A stretch of DNA of 59,646 nt, the filler included, from Sphacelaria rigidula (taxonomy: Eukaryota): assembly GCA_964200075.2 (NCBI GenBank). It is 8 parts of 8 records of this genome, joined end to end, with 100 filler letters (N's around TTAATTAATTAA, not from the genome) between each part and the next. Parts side by side here need not be neighbours in the genome. Positions count along the whole stretch, not along the records: positions 22,408 to 29,775 come from CAXNAA020015226.1; positions 29,876 to 37,243 come from CAXNAA020015227.1; 6 more parts are not named here. One strand, 5' to 3'. A program made the position numbers and the translations under genes. The notes beneath the pieces were generated by a model that searched no databases, had not been told where the DNA came from, and saw only the letters and a list, made by a program, of their open reading frames with translations. The number at the start of each line of letters is the position of its first letter. Position 1 is the stretch's first letter. Shown here one piece after another: positions 22,408 to 35,000 of this stretch.

Positions 22408-25400
22408 ATTCCCCGCATTGATGAAGTCTTCGACTCCTTAGGCGAAGGCAAAATATTCAGCACCTTCGACCTCGCTTCTGGATTTTTCCAGAATGCTATA
22501 CACCCTGACACAGTCCCACTGACGGCTTTTTGCATCTCGTCCGGACTCTATGAGTGGCTTCGGATGCCACAAGGCGCCGCCACTGCCCTAGGATGCTTTC
22601 AGCGCTTAATGCAACGCGTCACCGAGGGCCTCGAGCACATCATCATGTACTTGGATGACGCTATCGCTTTCTATGCCTCACCTATTGCACATATACGCAC
22701 TCTACGAGAATTTCTCTCTCACCTACTTACGCACGGTTTGAAACTGTCTCCATCCAAAGCTCGCCTTGGCGCGACTGACTTGGATTTCTTGGTGCATTCC
22801 ATTTCGCCAGCAAGCCTGCATCCGGATACAAACAAAGTCAAGGCGATGACTGATTTGCCGATGCCAACTAACATTTCTCAACTTCGCTTATTGTTGGGTG
22901 GGCTATCCTACTACCGCAAAATTTTACCCAATTTATCAAAACGGATTCGCCCCCTTACTGAGTTACTCAAGAAAGGAGTCGCGTTTTCTTTCACCACAGC
23001 AATGGAGACTATCACCCGCGAATTACTCAAGACGCTTACCGAAAAGCCCGTACTTTGGTTTCCTGATTGGGAGGCAGTACAAGATGGCTCCCGCCTTTTC
23101 CAACTCCATACTGACGCCAGCACAAATGGGTTTGGAGGAGTTTTGAATCAACCTCAGGTTGATGACTCTGTCCGACCCATCCTTTATATCAGCCGCGCTA
23201 CCTTGCCCAACGAGGCCAATTGGAGCCCGCTAGAACTGGAAGGCGGAGTAGTCACTTGGGCCATTAAGCGCCTTCGACAATATCTGTTTCACGTGCCCTT
23301 CAAGATCTATACGGATCACGTAGCACTTGAACAACTCGCTAAGGTTGGTGAACACAACCCTCGTGTATAACGATGGTTGGAGTTTCTAACAGCATACCAG
23401 TATACCATTAAGCACCGTCCAGGCAAAGCCAACGGGAACACGGATCTTCTTTCCCGCCTGCCTCTGCCACCTACGGCCGCAGATTCCAGCCCGGCTTGTC
23501 GTTCAACGGAACCCGATGAACCCGGAATTTACGCGATCAGACGTTTTTCAACGCCCGTTTACGCCCTAGACCTCCATTGACCGGCAACAGGTATGCATAT
23601 GGGAGGACCTCGCCCTCTACCATATGACGCCGTCTTGGGTGGGTTAAAGCCCACTACCCCCGATTTTGTCGATTTTCGCACTTTCGGTACTCGCGCGAAA
23701 CTCTTCGCGGAGACACCCCCAGTCACCCACCTTATCTCCGACAACACGCGCTCCCGGTCCGCCGCCCGCACCACACCGAGTGCCTCGCCGCCACCGACAA
23801 CACCTGCAACCTCTACGAGCCACCCGACACAAGTTCCGCGGACCAACACGCAAAGCTCCGCGAAAACGTCTGCACCGTGCGCCACGCGCCGCAGACAACC
23901 TTCGCCGCGCACTGAAACAACCCCGCCGCCAATGACGGCGCCGCAAACATCTTCTGCCCCCGAGCACGGAACTGACGACTCGTCTTCTGCTCCCAAGACA
24001 GACATTGACGTCGGCATTTCTGCCCCGTCGCCTGTTCCCCCGCCGCCTGCCCTACCATGTGTGGTCGGCTCGCCAGCGGAAGGCCAACTACGCGAGTTTC
24101 TCGCCAGCTACTCCCACCGTGATTGGGCTTGTGAACAAAACGCATAACCGCTATGTCGCGCAGCCATCCGGTACTTGAAGCTTGACTGCCCAGTCCCTTT
24201 TCCGTCCACACTTCTGGCCCGGTTGGGACACTGCCACCGCCAGTTATTTCTGACGTAAACGAGCTCGTGCGTAAAGGCACCCTTTTTACTACGGATGAAG
24301 GCGTGCAACTACTCGTACGTCGGCCCACGCCCTTGGCAGGCGCAATTGCCGTCTCAACTACGGGACGCACCGCTCGACTACTCTATGACGAACCAACGGG
24401 CATATATGTGCCATTATTAATGCGCCCCTGGGTCATGAAAGGCTGCTATACAGACTTGTCATGCCACCTTGGCGTCACCCGCACCCTCGCTCTCTTGGAA
24501 CGCTTCTACTGGTGGGTGGGCATGGAAATTTCAACCCGCTTCTAGATTTGGTGATGCTTTAAATGCCAAGCCCGAGAACCTTGACGACAGACAGTACGCT
24601 GGCCCGTGATCTCTATGGGACTCCCCGACGAGTCCGGCCACCTTGTGTCCTTTGACTACTTCGGCCCTATCCTGACCACAGGTCGCGGCAACACCTATAT
24701 CTTACTCTTCACTGACCGCTTTAGCCGCCACGCGTCCATGTACGCTGTAACCGCCGCAGATTTCACTGCCGCCGGAACGGCTGACGTACTGGTCAATGAT
24801 TACATTAAGCACTACGGCTTCCCGAAGCGACTACTTTCAGACAATGGTCAGCAAATTTGTTCAGACCTCTCGGATGAGCTTTACAAGCTCCTGGGCATCC
24901 GCAAAATTGCCACGAGCGCCTACCAGCCGAACGGTAACGGTGGTACAGAAAGAGTTAATCACACCATGGCCCAGATACTCTCTATGGTTGTCAATGACCG
25001 CCAAAATGACGGGGACCTACATCTCTCGCACATCATGTTGTCCTACAACAACTCGGTTAATGCTGCCACAGGCCTTTCTCCGAACGAACTCCATCTTGGA
25101 CGCTACCCTCGGCTGCCTAGTACCGTGTTCGAGCGACACACGTTCAACGGACACCAAGGATTGGATCAGGATCAGATATCCTACAACGAGCTCGCACATG
25201 CACGACAACGCAAAGCGTTCACCCTCGTGCGCGAACAACACGCTATCAATGCCTCACGCCTGGAGAGATATGACACTGCTCTCTACAACCTCATGCACAA
25301 ACGCCCTAACTGGAAAGTTGGTGACTGGGTTTGGATCTACAACAGCTTGTCGACCATCCGCCAAGGTACCAGCAAGGCAGCCAACGAAACAATTTTGAAG

Positions 25401-26546
25401 ACAAAATTGTCCCTCAATGGGACAGGACCTTTCAAGATCCTGACAGTCGGACCTTCGTCATCATCACCGAATGGAAAAACCCGTTGGTGACAAACTGCTC
25501 TATCTCGACATGCCTCACGACTTCCAGGGCAAAGACACCAAGCCCCGCGTCTCCGTGCACAGATGCAAACACTGCACGAACCCGCATGATACAAGCGACA
25601 TGCCCAAGTACCTGCCGGCCGGACCCACACAGTATGTTCTCAACAGCTACTCGACCAAGTCCCCGCCCTACCACGTTACAACCGACGACGTGACGGAACA
25701 GCCCCTTCGGTTGGCTGTGTCCTCCATTTCCGGCCACCAGATAACCCGTGGCCGAGGAGGCAAGATCGCTGTCATGTATAAGACACACTAGGACGGTCTT
25801 CGGAGAGCGTCTTGGGAACGCGAATCCGACCTGCAATTGCACCGTCGTGCAATTCTCTCTTACTGGACGCAATCCCAACATCAGCATCTTGCTCACAACA
25901 CGACTGCTGCCGAGATAGCCCCCCCCTCGAGCCGGCCAAAAATGTGCACGGAGGCGATGATCATAAATGCCGTTAGAGCTGGTTTCGTGTTCCACGACGC
26001 GATTTATTTGGGTGTTATAGCTGATTTCGGACTGCTACAAGCCTTTGATGTGGGCGGAATTGCTGCCAACGAGCTCAAAAGTGGGATCGCAGCCGGTTTG
26101 TCGGACGGTCTCCCTATCTCGTCATTAGTCACAAGAAATATCGCAACATGCGCCGTGGCGCAGCAGCTCGCGAACTTCACCACAACCAGGGAATACGCTT
26201 TGTCGCCGATGGTTACGAAAGTGTACCCTCCAAGACTTGTAAGACGAAGTTCTTTGCGAACCAGCGACTCCTGCCCAAGGGCAGCTACCTTTGGTTCAAA
26301 AGCAGCGTCACCCTCTGGTGGTTGGGTCAGACCCACTCCGCTAACCTGGTTTCGGCCGACGCATACATCGTGCGCTTCATCGATGACCCTGGACCCACAC
26401 AGCTCAAGCTTCGGCCAGCGCTATACACCACCAGTCCATCTGCACCACGCGGATCCTGGTGCCTCCAGCGCCTCGAGTCCAAAGGACTTCGCCGCGGTCT
26501 CCAGCGCAACATCGACCACACCCACGACGTCCACGCCCCGCTTTGA
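22408..26546 (+). pseudogene. pol: Gypsy pol pseudogene (reverse transcriptase, RNase H, integrase, chromodomain, C-terminal extension)
   Basis: IPRIDEVFDSLG..FSTFDLASGFFQ..MPQG..YLDD (RT); LHTDAS..ELE..YTDH (RNase H); HLG..FYWW..CFKC (zinc finger); FDYFGP..SDNG..NGGTERVN (DDE); GPF motif; ISGHQ..YKTH*DG..SWERESDL (chromodomain). In-frame stops at 23368, 23578, 24145, 24543, 24552 and 25789, plus frameshifts. Confidence 0.95.
25902..26130 (+). mobile_element. MITE (family G relative) inserted in Gypsy pol
   Basis: TIR GACTGCTGCCGAGATAG / CTATCTCGTCATTAGTC; flanks ACAC/ACAA; removing it plus 4 bp restores the pol reading frame. Confidence 0.85.
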
Positions 26547-26800
26547 ACCACGCTTCTTTGTCGGACTGTTGCCCAACCCCCATTTTTTCTCGTAAGCATT
26601 GTGTGCCCCCCCCCCTTCTCCACCATGACCCTCTTCTACTACACAAGAATAGCGCGACCTACATCGGACGACGATCAAGAACTACTGACACGACCGCTAC
26701 CTACGACTACTGGAGCCATGGCATCCCCTTCATCTGGCCCTCGATCTCGTTGGATCACCGATTTTCAGCTTTTCGATCTTGCAGTTTTCAGCACTTTTTG

Positions 26801-26922
26801 GATTCCCCCAAGTTGAAGCTCTGCTCCCTGTGGTACCTTTTGATTCCCCCAGGTTGAAGCTCTGCTCCCTGTTGTACCTTTGGCTTCCCCCAGGTTGAAG
26901 CTCTGCTCCCTGTTGTACTTCC
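26801..26922 (+). repeat. Three copies of a 41-bp tandem repeat in the Gypsy 3' untranslated region
   Basis: TTCCCCCA(A/G)GTTGAAGCTCTGCTCCCTGT(G/T)GTAC in units starting at 26801, 26842 and 26883. Confidence 0.9.
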
Positions 26923-27764
26923 CTGTTTTCCCCCTTAACATTTGCTAAGACGCCGAAGCAATTTTTGCTTCTTCGTAAATCGCTTGCACGCCGAAGCAGT
27001 TTGTGCTTCCGCGTTTTGGAGCAGTTTTTTCTGCTTCTCGAAGCAGTCTATGCTTTCCTTCTTTTGAGGTGTGGGAGTGGGTACAGGGTTGTTGGTACGG
27101 GAATGTTAGGTACGGGAGTGTTCATTTAGGTATGCTTTATTAGCCGCTCATGACTTGAACAGTAAAGAAAAACCTTAGTTTTCGCTGCTTTGAGGATAAA
27201 TCCTCGCAGCTGTAATAAAGGTTCGTCTAGGTGGGTTAGTGTCATGAAGATACATACTAGCCTGTTGTCATGCCGCTTCAGACCCGTTGTCGAAGTCTGG
27301 CTTTCGTTGTCGAAGTCTGGCCTTCGGTAATATTGGGAATCCCCGTAGATAAGGAATCCCGGTAGACAAGACTACAGGTCTGTTCAGAGTTGGTCGGATA
27401 CGAATGTGAACCTGTATAATTACAGGGATGGCTTTGTCTTTGATCGTGCTTCACGATCAAAGCCCGCCCCCATCAACCACTATCAACTGCTCCCCTCTGC
27501 TAGTCAGCAAAAAGAAGTCTAACCATCGGTGAGAGGTATTGGCTGGTCTGGGTAGGATTGATTGAGTGGGTATTGGAGTTAGAATCAAGATAATCACGAG
27601 AGAAGTGAAGAACCTATTGCGTGAACCTCGTCTAATATTTGGATACTGAGCATGTCACACGGTATGTACAAGTTGAAACAGCCTGACGGTTGTACACTTG
27701 CCTGCCAAGCTTGTGCCTTGGGTTGCAAGCTGTGTCCTTGCATTATACTGCCGCTTGCTCTTTT

Positions 27765-28052
27765 TTACACATATATTATATTTCATATATTATATTTCAT
27801 ATATTACATTTCATATATTACATTTCATACATTTTATATCATATAATATATAAATATAGGTCTACATTATACAAATGCTTCTTCTCCTTCATGTACACTA
27901 TATTATATATTATAATCAATATGTTTATATATTGTATATTTATATATATGAATATTTATCAAGGGGCAGTATATATACTATATTATATAATTATATCTTA
28001 TATATGCTATATAGTATATATGATACTTATGTAAGAAAATATATTTATATAC
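27765..28052. repeat. AT-rich degenerate (TA)n low-complexity tract
   Basis: Near-pure ATAT/TTATA sequence. Confidence 0.9.
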
Positions 28053-28445
28053 ATGTGTGTGTAAAGGAGCAGAAGCAAATATAGACCCCGCAAAGCCCGC
28101 CAAAAATTTAGGGTGTTGTCAATGTTCATTGATCAATTTCTTGCAACAAAGTCAACAAAAAATATTGAAAAAATCAGGATACTTTTGATCGTCTAAAAAA
28201 TGCCCTCCGGCATCTGAGGTCATCGGGACAGAACGGGCAAGGAGCAAAAGCAGACATACAAACCCCACAAAGCCCACCAGAATTTTCGGTTTTTGCCAGC
28301 GTTTACTGGTCAATTTCTTCTGAAAAAGATGACATAACAAATCAAAACAGTGTTTGTTGATCAATTCCTTGCGACTAACTTGACGAAAAACAAAATCGAA
28401 AAAAACATGACAATTTTCGAAAAAATGCCCTGCGGGAGAGGGGGG

Positions 28446-29695
28446 CACACGTGGACAAATAGCATCCTGTGGGGCACGTCTACAGGGTTCAGGGAAACTG
28501 TGTAGTGTTTCTCGCGGGGATCTGGCTGTAGTTGTTTTTTTAGCGCCCCACAGGACGCTTCACAGGGTTTCAGGGAACTTGTGCAGGGTTTCTCGCGGGG
28601 ATTTGACCGTATGGTATTATTTTGTGCCACACAGGGCGCTTCACAGGGTTTTGTCACTCCGTGTAAAATCCATCGCTGTTAATATGCTGTACAGCCTCGA
28701 CAGCGCACATACAATGTACTTCATACAGAATGGGCATGGTACAAAGCAGTAGGACCCGAACTCACGATTTTGTGCATTGGAGTACGTCAGTGCGCACATT
28801 GAGCTACCTGGCTTGTTGTGATGTGATAAGTTCTTTGTGCTTCTAGTATCAAGCAAAAACCTCTCTGCACAAAAGCATACTCGGTTGAGTGATTTTGGTA
28901 GAATGCGCACCACGGGGTTTTCAAAAGCAACGTGCATTCATATGCGAGTTATACACCTTTCCACCAGCATCTCATCACGCCGAGTTTGTGCCGTAAGCAC
29001 AGGTGTGGACGTACACTCGTAACCAATGTGTGGGATCTCTACTCAGCGAAAGCTGTTGAGAAATATCCATCCTTTGAGGCTATAGGATGAGTTGCTCTCA
29101 ACAACTTTTGTTACGTGTATGATCCCATACGCTGGTAACGGTGCAGTATGCGGGATATGCACAGCTGACGCTGCTTGCAATAAATATTTTCTCTTCTGCT
29201 GTTCTAATCCCAAATCTGCCAGTGTGCATGGGATTTGCGCAGCAAAATAAGCTGTTTGAAATGAAACATTTTTTCTCCCCAATTAAATGGGCAAAAAAAG
29301 GATCTATTTTGAATAGGTGCTTCTGCTGTTCGAAATAGATTTTTTTTTGCCCAAATAAAAAGGGCGAAAAAAGGATCTATTTCGAATAGCTTCTCCTGCT
29401 GTCCGAGATAAAGTCATTTTTGCCTGATTTGAATCGGGCAAAAAGAGGATTTATCTCGGACAGCAGGAGAAGCTATTCAAAAATATATATATGTACAGAT
29501 TTTATGCCAAAATAATTTGGAATTTTCGAAATTGGGAAGGCCTCTCCACAGGGTTGCTTGCAGGGTTTCGACAAAAACGCTATGCAAAATGCTATTACAG
29601 GTGCAAGGGTTTGCAAATGCTGTACAGGGGTTTTCACAAAGACTGTGGAGAACTCTGTGCAGCTCGTCCTATAGGGTGCTATTTGTCCACGTGTG
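28446..29695. mobile_element. Non-autonomous hAT-like element (1250 bp)
   Basis: TIR CACACGTGGACAAATAGCA / TGCTATTTGTCCACGTGTG; perfect 8-bp TSD GAGGGGGG; subterminal CACAGGG repeats; right end duplicated at ~29717-29770. Confidence 0.85.
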
Positions 29696-29775
29696 GAGGG
29701 GGGGGCTACGTGTCCGACTGTGGAGAACCCTGTGCAGCTCGTCCTTCAGGGTGCTGTTTGTCCACGTGTGGGGGG

Positions 29776-29875
29776 NNNNNNNNNNNNNNNNNNNNNNNNN
29801 NNNNNNNNNNNNNNNNNNNTTAATTAATTAANNNNNNNNNNNNNNNNNNNNNNNNNNNNNNNNNNNNNNNNNNNN
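29776..29875. other. Artificial contig spacer
   Basis: N44-TTAATTAATTAA-N44. Confidence 0.99.
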
Positions 29876-29909
29876 TTGGGTGTGTTGCGCGGGACGCGCT
29901 CCGCGGCGT

Positions 29910-29946
<37 letters not shown>

Positions 29947-30326
29947 CGTTCGTTTGGCTTGTTATATCCAACAAACATTGCTTTGTGACGGTTACACAGC
30001 GGTAGAACCTACAGGCGGTGCAATGGGAGAAATCCATTCTGCGTTGAAGACTGGTGATGTGTTTCCCGGACACTCCTTCATCGTCTCACCCCTCGACCCA
30101 AGTTAATACAAGCTATCCAACGACACGACCTGCAGAGGACACGTCAACCAGGTCCCATATGTACGAGATATCAAATAGGATTAAGGGCATGTTGGTTTGG
30201 ATTGCGCCTCAATAGCGATAATATCCACATATCTGCTGCGCCGATTTGCTAATGTAAATAGTATCGTAAAATCCTACCGTTACACAGCCCCAGTCATTTG
30301 CCACTCATCAGACTCTGACCGCGCAC

Positions 30327-30497
30327 CTGAGGAACGATTTCCCCGAAGATTGTGATGATTACAGTCGCCAAGGCAAAGCCAACAAGCCCAGACGTGAGCT
30401 GTGCCATCACGATCGACAGCAATGCATTCACGGCCACATTGCCCAGCAGCAGGGTACACAGCAGGAGGTTGCCATCCGCTCGCACCGGTTGGATTCT
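30327..30497 (-). CDS. CNNM/DUF21 metal-transporter family protein, exon 2 (gene continues past contig end)
   Basis: [38 protein letters not shown] carries the DUF21 LLCTLLLGN and FGEIxPQ motifs; CAG acceptor, CAG|GTGCGC donor, phase 0/0. Confidence 0.93.
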
Positions 30498-31843
30498 CTG
30501 ATCAGTACGCGATAGGGCACGAACAGGACGGGGGATAACGTTTCAGAGATTCTAGGGAAAGAGAACAGTTCCTTGGCTTTCCAGAGTATATTTGCCATTC
30601 TCAGCATTCCACAGCACTTGCAGTACTGACGCTTCCAAAGCACCGAGTACGCCAGGGTACCCCTAGTACCCATCTCTCGAAATACTCGGTGCGGTAATCG
30701 GAAGCACTCAGTAACGCACCGAGAACTTTTAGTACCTACGAGATTACATATTCAGCGTAGTATCGAGTTATCCACTCTACATACAGTTTTGAACCTTCCA
30801 AAACACTGACACCGTACTCGACGGTTCTCAGTAATGTCCTGAATATTCCATAGCACGCGGAGAAGCAACTGCCAAAAGACTGAGCATTTCTGGTACCTGG
30901 CGTATCGACACCTCGGAGTACCCGTACTCGACTTGTACCCTACCCGAAGTACCCATGGAAAGTTCGATGGCGCTGTGCATAGCGACTCTCCTTCACTCCG
31001 AATAAGCGTCCTTTTGGACGGGTGTGTTATTCGGAGTGCTGACTGGCGGGTTGCTCGGCGTGTGCGCGTGTCACCCGGTCGTTCACATGCAAACGATGAC
31101 ACACGACACACAAGACCTCACCAGCCGGTCTATGGTTTGGTTGAAACGGACCACGCTATCAAACATTATATTCAACTGATAATCGACACCCGGGAAGGCG
31201 AAAAGGTAGTTCAGGAACACAGCCAAGCAAATGCCAGTTCATTCTATCCCGTATGGATCGCGGGTGGGAAGTAATTTCATTTGATTCATGCCGGACGAAT
31301 CACAGATGGAGAAAATATGAGCTAACCCTGAGACTACATGCCTCGCCTCGGGACAGTTTCGCCGGCTGACAGTCGGGGGATACCCAGGGATCTCCAGCGG
31401 GCGGGGGGTGGTGAGGGGTGGGTTGGCGCCTGTTACTCGATCAACCAAAAAGCTCAAGAAGCCAACCATGCGTATTTGGAAGTTTCCAGAGGAAAGTTTC
31501 AAACGGAGGCGAGATACCATTTCGACTGTTCCGATTTTCAAAGTTGGTCATTTCACTCCTCTACAAAACACTACCTCGCACCCAAGCCGTGATCGGACAC
31601 GTAAGTACCGACCACTCAATCATTCAAGCACGCGAAAAAGGAGCCGATTCTTTGCTCCATGCGTCGTCATTGCCCTCCGCCTGGCCCCCCACAGTGGTGC
31701 CAAGATAGCTGCACACTGTCTATTTTGTTATCTTGGAACACTAAGAAAAAAAAACAGCGTGCAGTAAAAACTCTAGGAAATGGAGGGCGATGACATGCTG
31801 ATTGCTCATACCGTTGCGTTCGGCCGCCGTTGAAGAAAAGTTT

Positions 31844-32080
31844 CACGGTTAGGACGAATCATCACGGGTTTGAATAACCGAATCCACGATTTCTTCGGCC
31901 TGATTGCCNNNNNNNNNNCCAAGGGGTATCCACGCAACTCTTGCGCCATTCCACATGTCTGGATTGCGTGTACCTGGGTTGCAACGCTGAAAACAAAGCC
32001 TAGGGATTGATTCGTCCGATTCGAATCAATTACACTTACCAAGTTATTTCTAGATCTATCATTGATTTGTCCGACCCTTG
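31844..32080 (-). mobile_element. hAT-like MITE family H, in the CNNM intron
   Basis: Termini CACGGTTAGGACGAATC / ATTTGTCCGACCCTTG; perfect 8-bp TSD AAAAGTTT. Confidence 0.9.
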
Positions 32081-35000
32081 AAAAGTTTCCACAGTAAAAC
32101 AGAATGTATATTAGATGGTACAGCAGCTGGCTGTACTATTAATAATATTATAGTATAGTTAGCAGCACCACTAGTAAACCACAAAATCGCCGATGATGAA
32201 GGTTGTACGCTTTGAGGAAATTCCTGAGTGTACTATTAACTGGGCCAGCAGTAAATCCCGCACTTGCATGTCACACCACAACTCATCAAGTTTACCAAAT
32301 CAGCCCGACTTGAGCAGATCGCTGTGAACTGCAGACCAACCTGGTAACGCACGGCATCGCCGCTGGTCGATTGGCGCTGTTTTGGCGATGATGTTTTGGT
32401 ACGGCATCGAGTACCGGGTACGTCTCGTGTCGTTGCGTGATGACACGTCCCGTTTCACGAAATGCGGTGGAATTACGATAGACATTTGCGCCGCACAGGC
32501 AAAAGCACACTGGTAGTGCTGCAAGATGGCCTCAAGCTCGTCAACAGCTCCATCATGGGAGAGCACCTCCGAGCCGACTGTCATGTATCGCCGGAAGAGG
32601 GAGGACTACGACTTGAAACAGCGCTAACCCCCCGCAAATACTAGACCGTCACCAGAATATCGAGACCCTTTGCAACTCGGGAGGGAGCAGAGATTATGCA
32701 CTATTTGATTATTCACAAAAAAAGATGTCGTGTCGTGATTCGAACTCGTGACCTGTGTAAATAGAGGCTGTTGTATCCGTTTGACTACCGGGGCGCAGCC
32801 GTGTCACACGGAAAGCGCCTGACTGCGCCCAATTTCAGGTATTTTCGGCCGAAATTTTACCAGGATCTCCTACACCAAAGTGCCCACAACATTTCGGGGG
32901 ATGCCGCCGTATTTCTTAATTTTCACGGAGTCATGACATTTTTTTACTGTTTTTGCTGAAACTTCAAATCGCTCTAACTTGCTGTTTGTATTTTTTGGAT
33001 CCCGCGACATGTTGCGCGTTTTGAAAATGAAATGTCGTGTCAAAATATCAGCGTCTAACTCTTTGATTTTACCACCAGCCTGCCCCGAAAATATTCGAGA
33101 ATCACTGTCAGCTGGCCCAGCTCGTACTTATTATTCTCGCACACTGGTCCGATATCTCAAACCCGTGGTCACAGACGTACGCTCGTCTTCCCCATACCGT
33201 CCATGCTATTTGTTACAAGATATAGAGTCCTCGTCATTATTTTCTGCAACTCTATTAACCCTTTTGGGACCGGACCTCCAGAACGACCAATGAGGCTGGT
33301 CAGGAATGACGTGTCTGGCGTCTGCACGAAACAACAACGGCGTGTTGCTGAAAATCCGCGTACGTAACCGCAGGGTTATGACGAAGACCGAAAGTTCCAA
33401 TCTATTTTCAGGTGCAGGGTGCGCATCAGGTGGTGTACATCTGATGTAGCAAGCAGTATGGGTCGTGGTAGAGAGCTTCCAATAGGATGCGGCGACCGGC
33501 GGGCCGCCCGCCACTTCTGGCTTTGGATGATACGTTTGTCCCCATCACCTTGCCACACAGCTCTTTGTGGTCGGGGTGGGCCGCCATTTCCCCCCTTACT
33601 ACATGCGGCAAATTCTCTTCGAAGGGTATTAGCGTTGCGACACGCACGCATACAACAGCATAGTACAGTACAGTGTAGTACGCCTCTCCAACTGAAGCAG
33701 CAGCTCCCGCTGCATACTTCCTCGCACGTTCTAGGCAATTCTCAGCTACCGAAATCAGCTTCGTCATTCCCGTGCACAACATGTGGACTGCTGACTGCAT
33801 GTCATTCATGACGGTAGCTCCTTTTGTATTTCCACAGCCCACCTGAATTTTCTGCCTCGTGAAAATGACCACATGGTGGCCTGTACACTCGTTCCCGGTT
33901 TTTTCCGGTCCACCCTGTGTTGGTGTAAATTACTACGTTTCAGAACAGAATTGGGACCCAAAAAACACTCCGGAAAAACTCGGGAGCGGTATACTGAGTG
34001 CAAGTTATACCATAAAATCAAGCCGCGACCACCCTGCACTTGGAAACCTGGCGAGGCTTATCTGGGCCAGGGATAGGGCCCCCACACGATCAGTGGCATT
34101 ACAATCGACAACAATCCCCGCGCTGGTCGTTCGGGTCTGGTCGATAATTTTCGCCTCGCCGTGATTGGGCAGGTCGCTCGAAGACATGTTTTTCCATCAT
34201 TCCACCAACACAGGGTTGACCCTGTGTTAGTGGGGGTCCGGTCCCACAAGGGTTCGTATATCTTCCGTGTTGTACAGTATCATCAGTCTGCACTGATGGT
34301 TCCAACTCGAGACGGAGAAGTGATGGACGAGTGTGCCATCTCCGAACCTTCCGCGGATGTGCAAATCTGGCAATACTCTACATTCGGCGAATGTATCTTA
34401 TAGAAACAGAGAAACCAGTATGTATACTTGACGAACTTTCGGTCGGTCAGCAGTCGTCAGCTTACCTACTTTGAGTCCAAAAGGACTGAGCATGAAACAA
34501 CGATGAACCCATGCGAACAGTTTTGCGAAGATATACAACATGCACTCGGCTACTGGATGAAAACCGGTTGGGGTTGCCAGCCCTGATTGATACAACATCC
34601 AGGTGTAGATGAGAAAATCACTGTACCCCAAAATGTGCCATAAGCGATCTGAGGAGATCCCCGGGGAAGGGTCGCAGCCTGACGGTTAATCGTGTGAAGT
34701 ACAGTACAGTACAGTACAGGTGGGGAATGCATACGTATGATTTATGCCGTACGAATCACTTGTGAGGAAGATGTGCGTATGATTTATGCCGTATGAGTCA
34801 CAGGTCACAGGCGAGACAAATGCGCGCTTGATTCACAGGACGTGAGTGACTGGTAGAAAAAATGTACAACAGAGGTGTGCGCCGCGTTTGAAATAGGACG
34901 CCACGAAACACGTGCCCGAAACATGCACGGCTCATTTTCTTGTACGAATCGCATGATGATTCATTCAGATTCATTCAAAGTCAAGTTGAATATTGAATAC

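Larger units (their letters stand above)
22408..27659 (+). mobile_element. Ty3/Gypsy LTR retrotransposon, chromodomain type; 3' portion, decayed
   Basis: RT-RNase H-integrase order; purine-rich PPT at ~27066-27088 followed by TGTTGG at 27090 (putative 3' LTR start). The LTR end at ~27659 is uncertain. Confidence 0.92.

Noticed and set aside
25837-26595. 252-aa ORF as an env-like extra gene
   Set aside because: Chimeric read-through from pol into the inserted MITE and then into an out-of-frame segment.
26801-26922. Three 41-bp repeats as a mini CRISPR array
   Set aside because: Pure tandem repeat without spacers, inside a retrotransposon UTR.
27652-28084. Tyr/Ile-rich ORFs
   Set aside because: Translation of a (TA)n low-complexity tract.
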